Source: Octopus sinensis (Eukaryota). Taken from it: a stretch of DNA of 64,000 nucleotides. Both the position numbers and the translations under genes were made by a program. Under the pieces are notes generated by a model that was not told the origin of the DNA, did no database searches, and saw only the letters and a program-made list of their open reading frames with translations. Shown here piece by piece: positions 60,659 through 64,000 of this stretch (its first letter is position 1; every line of letters starts with the position of its first letter). The stretch is from assembly GCF_006345805.1 (NCBI RefSeq), contig NC_043003.1, positions 11,718,001 to 11,782,000 on the forward strand, written 5' to 3'.

Positions 60659-61393
60659 TACATATATATGCCTACATGTATGTGTCTTAGTAGCTATCAC
60701 TCTACCCACGGTTTGACAACCCGTGTTGGTTTATTCACATTCCCACAACTTAGCGGTCCAGCAATGTAAGAAAACTTGAAACATAAGTACTGGTGTCGAT
60801 CAAACCCTTCAATGTTGTGCCACTGAATTGCCGAAGTTCAATTACTGAAAGAAGTAAAAGAACATACGTACATACAAACGTATGTACGTATGTACAAAGA
60901 CAAATAGTGTGAGATAGGGGAGAGAGAGAGAGCACACAGCTCTCACGTTGATATGTAAACAATGTAGCATGGTAGGTGAATAAGTGTAAAATTATTTCAG
61001 ATATATGGACAAACAGTGAATCATTATTTCTTTTTTAAATATCTCTCAAGCAAATAAAACTCTTAGTTTGACAAAGTATGGTTGAAAAACTAAGGAATGT
61101 TGGCTTATCAGTGCGGTTCCTAACTTACCGACATTACCGTGCCTGTAAACTTGAAAGTCAAATAAAAATAAATTACTGAAATTCTTAAAACTTCACCTAA
61201 AGAAGTATGGCGCATTTTAAAACTTTTTAAAAGCTTGCTCATTTTTCTTGAGCCCTTCGACTCCAGTACTTGATTGGTGTTTTATTTCATCGAACGCGGA
61301 GGGGTGAAAAGCAAAGGTGATCTCGAAGGGATTTGAACTCGGAACACGTAGAGCCGGGAAAATAAAAAAAAAAACGGCTAAGTATTTCTTCCA

Positions 61394-61695
61394 TGGAGGC
61401 ACATGGCCTAGTGGTTAGAGCAGCGGATCGCGGGCGAGGGATCGTGGGTTCGAATCTCAGACCGGGCGATGTGTGTGTTTATGAGCGAAACACCTAAGCT
61501 CTACGCGGCTCCGGCAGAAGGTAATGGCGAACTTCTGCTGACTCTTCATCACAACTTTCTCTCACTCTTTCCTCCTGCATCATGCAACTCACCTGCGACG
61601 GACCGGCGTCCCGTCTAGGTGGGGAACCTATACGCCAAGGAAACCTGGAAACCGGCCCTTATGAACCAGGCGTGGCTCGAGAAGGAACAAACAAC
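61394..61695 (+). mobile_element. SINE-C nested in a minus-strand SINE-B (61235-61740), 14-bp TSD
   Basis: AAGTATTTCTTCCA (61380-61393) and AAGTATTTCCTCCA (61696-61709). Confidence 0.9.
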
Positions 61696-62424
61696 AAGTA
61701 TTTCCTCCAACATGCTAACGATTCTGCCAGCTTGCCGCCTTTGTAAAATCTTGCAGATTGGTAATTTCTTGCATAGGTGCAAGGCTAGAAATTTTGCAGG
61801 GTGGGGAACAGTCGATTATAGCGACACCAGTATGAGACTGGTACTTAGTTTTTATCGACTACAGGAAAATAATTTTAAAAATTGAACACTGGGATCGATG
61901 TAATCGACTAGTCCCCTATCCCCGAATTTTACACAAGCCCTGAAATTTGGGGGTAGGGGACTAGTCAAGTACATCGAACCCAGTGTTCAACTGTTATAGC
62001 CCCTACCAACCAATGCCTGGTGAGCAAACGGAAACTGTGAAAGCGCGTCGTGTATGTGCCTATGCATGCACACACACATCTATCTATCTATCTATCTAAA
62101 AGAAATATAACATGTGACTTCATTGACCGAGGTTACCGAGGTCTTTTCCGTAGGCTTTTCTTTCCACGGGTAAACCTCACCTGTCCTCCCCTTTACACTT
62201 CATATTGACATTTCTGTGATAACGATCCCTATTGATCCATTCCCCCCCCTTTTTTTATCCCCCCTTTCTTGTCCTCTTTCTTTCCTTTTACAATCCCTTT
62301 TGATCGAAAACCAAACCCCCTTTTTTTTACCCCCAAAAGAAAAGCTCTACCTTGTAATTTGTCCTGTCTGTGTGCAGCTCTGTGTGGCTAATAAAGAAAC
62401 ATATCTATCTATCTATCTATCTAT

Positions 62425-63000
62425 ATCCTTTCTACTAAAGGCACAAGGCCTGAAATTTGTGGGGAGGGGACTAGTCGATGACATCGACCCAGTGTGTAAC
62501 TGGTACTCAATTTATCGACTCCGAAAGGATGAAAGGCTAAGTTGACCTCGGCGGAATTTGAACTCAGAACGTAAAGGCGGACGAAATGCCGTTAAGCATT
62601 TTGTCCAGTGTGCTAACGATTCTTATTTCTTTATTGCCCACAGGGGCCTAAACATAGAGGGGACAAACAAGGACAGACAACGGGGATTAAGTCGATTACA
62701 TCGACCCCAGTACGCAACTGGTACTTAATTTATCGATCTCGAAAGGATGAAAGGCAAAGTCGACCTCGGCGGAATTTGAACTCAGAACGTAGCGGCAGAC
62801 GAAATACCTATTTCTTTATTGCCCACAAGGGGTTAAACACAGAGAGGAAAAACAAGGACAAACGGATTAAGTCGATTATATCGACCCCAGTGTGTAACTG
62901 GTACTTAATTTATCGACCCCAAAAGGATGAAAGGCTAAGTCGACCTCGGTGGAATTTGAACTCAGAACGTAACGGCAAACGATTCTGCCAGCTCACCGCC
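62425..63000 (-). mobile_element. Three stacked SINE-B modules
   Basis: B1 tails join at 62808/9 (GGTATTTC) and near 62624 (AGAATCG). Confidence 0.85.
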
Positions 63001-64000
63001 TTTCTTTGTGTTAATTCTTCTCCCGTATACTGGGATAGGGCGATATTTCATTACTTTTACCTTTCTCCTGCTAGTCATTTTAAAGGGACATTACCAGCTG
63101 ATTCAATCGCTCAAGTTGCTAGAAATAGCAACCCAAACTCTGCAAATCACATTTTACAGTGTCAAAAATAGGATTCATTAAGTAATGTAGGAGCTAATGT
63201 GCAAAATGACACGACTGGACCGCATTTGATTCTTGGTCGGCTCAGTTAGAGTCAGCTCTGGCCTAAACACTATCGACGTTCGTTGGGACTAACTGCAGTA
63301 AAGCTTTATTACTGTACAGTACCTTTCTTTTTATTTCTTAGCCAGAAAAGAAGGCAGTGTCACGGATCATTTAAAGGGTCTCTAAGACTGGTAAAAACGA
63401 GGGGAAAGCTATCCTCAAACCGAAGGTCTGACCCGAATACTTGCAGCAGAATTGGATCCACTAAAGTAACAGAAGGGGTCATGGAATGATGTTAAACTAG
63501 ATGATGGGTCAAGTGTACCACCCAGGTAGACTACAGCGTGATTCGAACTCGGAACAAATATTGATTTCAAATTTTGACACAAGGCCAGCAATTTCAGGGG
63601 AGGGTGTAAGTCGAATACATCAATCCCAGTGTTCAGCTGGTACTTATTTTATCGACCCCAGAAGGACGAAAGGCTTAGCTGATTTTGGCGGGATTTGATC
63701 TCAGAGCGTAAAGACCAACGAAATGCCGCTAAGCATTCTAAAGATTCTGACAGCTTCACCAGAATAAATATTGCAAAGCAACCGATTTTTTACAGCCCTG
63801 CCAATCTACCCACCTCACGTCTCCGGAATGGAGAACATTTTTATTAAACCTCGAAAAGATCTAAGTCAAACTGGCGTGTGAACTCAACGAACAGAATCGG
63901 TGCAAATACCGTGAGATAGTTCACTCAGCGTTTTAACGACTATGGCAGTTCATCATTTTATAACCTAATTTGTTGCCTGTAAATAGATGGAAAGATGGTG

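Overview
AT-rich eukaryotic genomic DNA, most likely an octopod cephalopod judging from its repeat families (recognised from memory, not searched). I recognise no complete protein-coding gene; the long ORFs in the track are microsatellite translations or antisense frames of repeats. The window is a dense, nested mosaic of mobile DNA. It holds four tRNA-derived SINE families (my labels SINE-A to SINE-D), 3' fragments of RTE, CR1-type and HERO/NeSL-type LINEs, an internally deleted Tc1, mariner/pogo/piggyBac-like MITEs, Helentron-like elements and Penelope-like LTR remnants. Four observations stand out. (1) Four unrelated repeat families carry hammerhead-ribozyme folds, one with an intact core inside a 166-bp palindrome at 33.3 kb. 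(2) One SINE repeatedly inserts immediately before GGTATTTC. (3) A SINE and a LINE share a 3' tail hairpin with compensatory stem changes. (4) An RTE tail sits in a fold-back inverted duplication. A few low-confidence exon and promoter candidates suggest much of the window is intronic. Repeat boundaries were read by eye (about +/-10-20 bp unless TIR/TSD coordinates are given).
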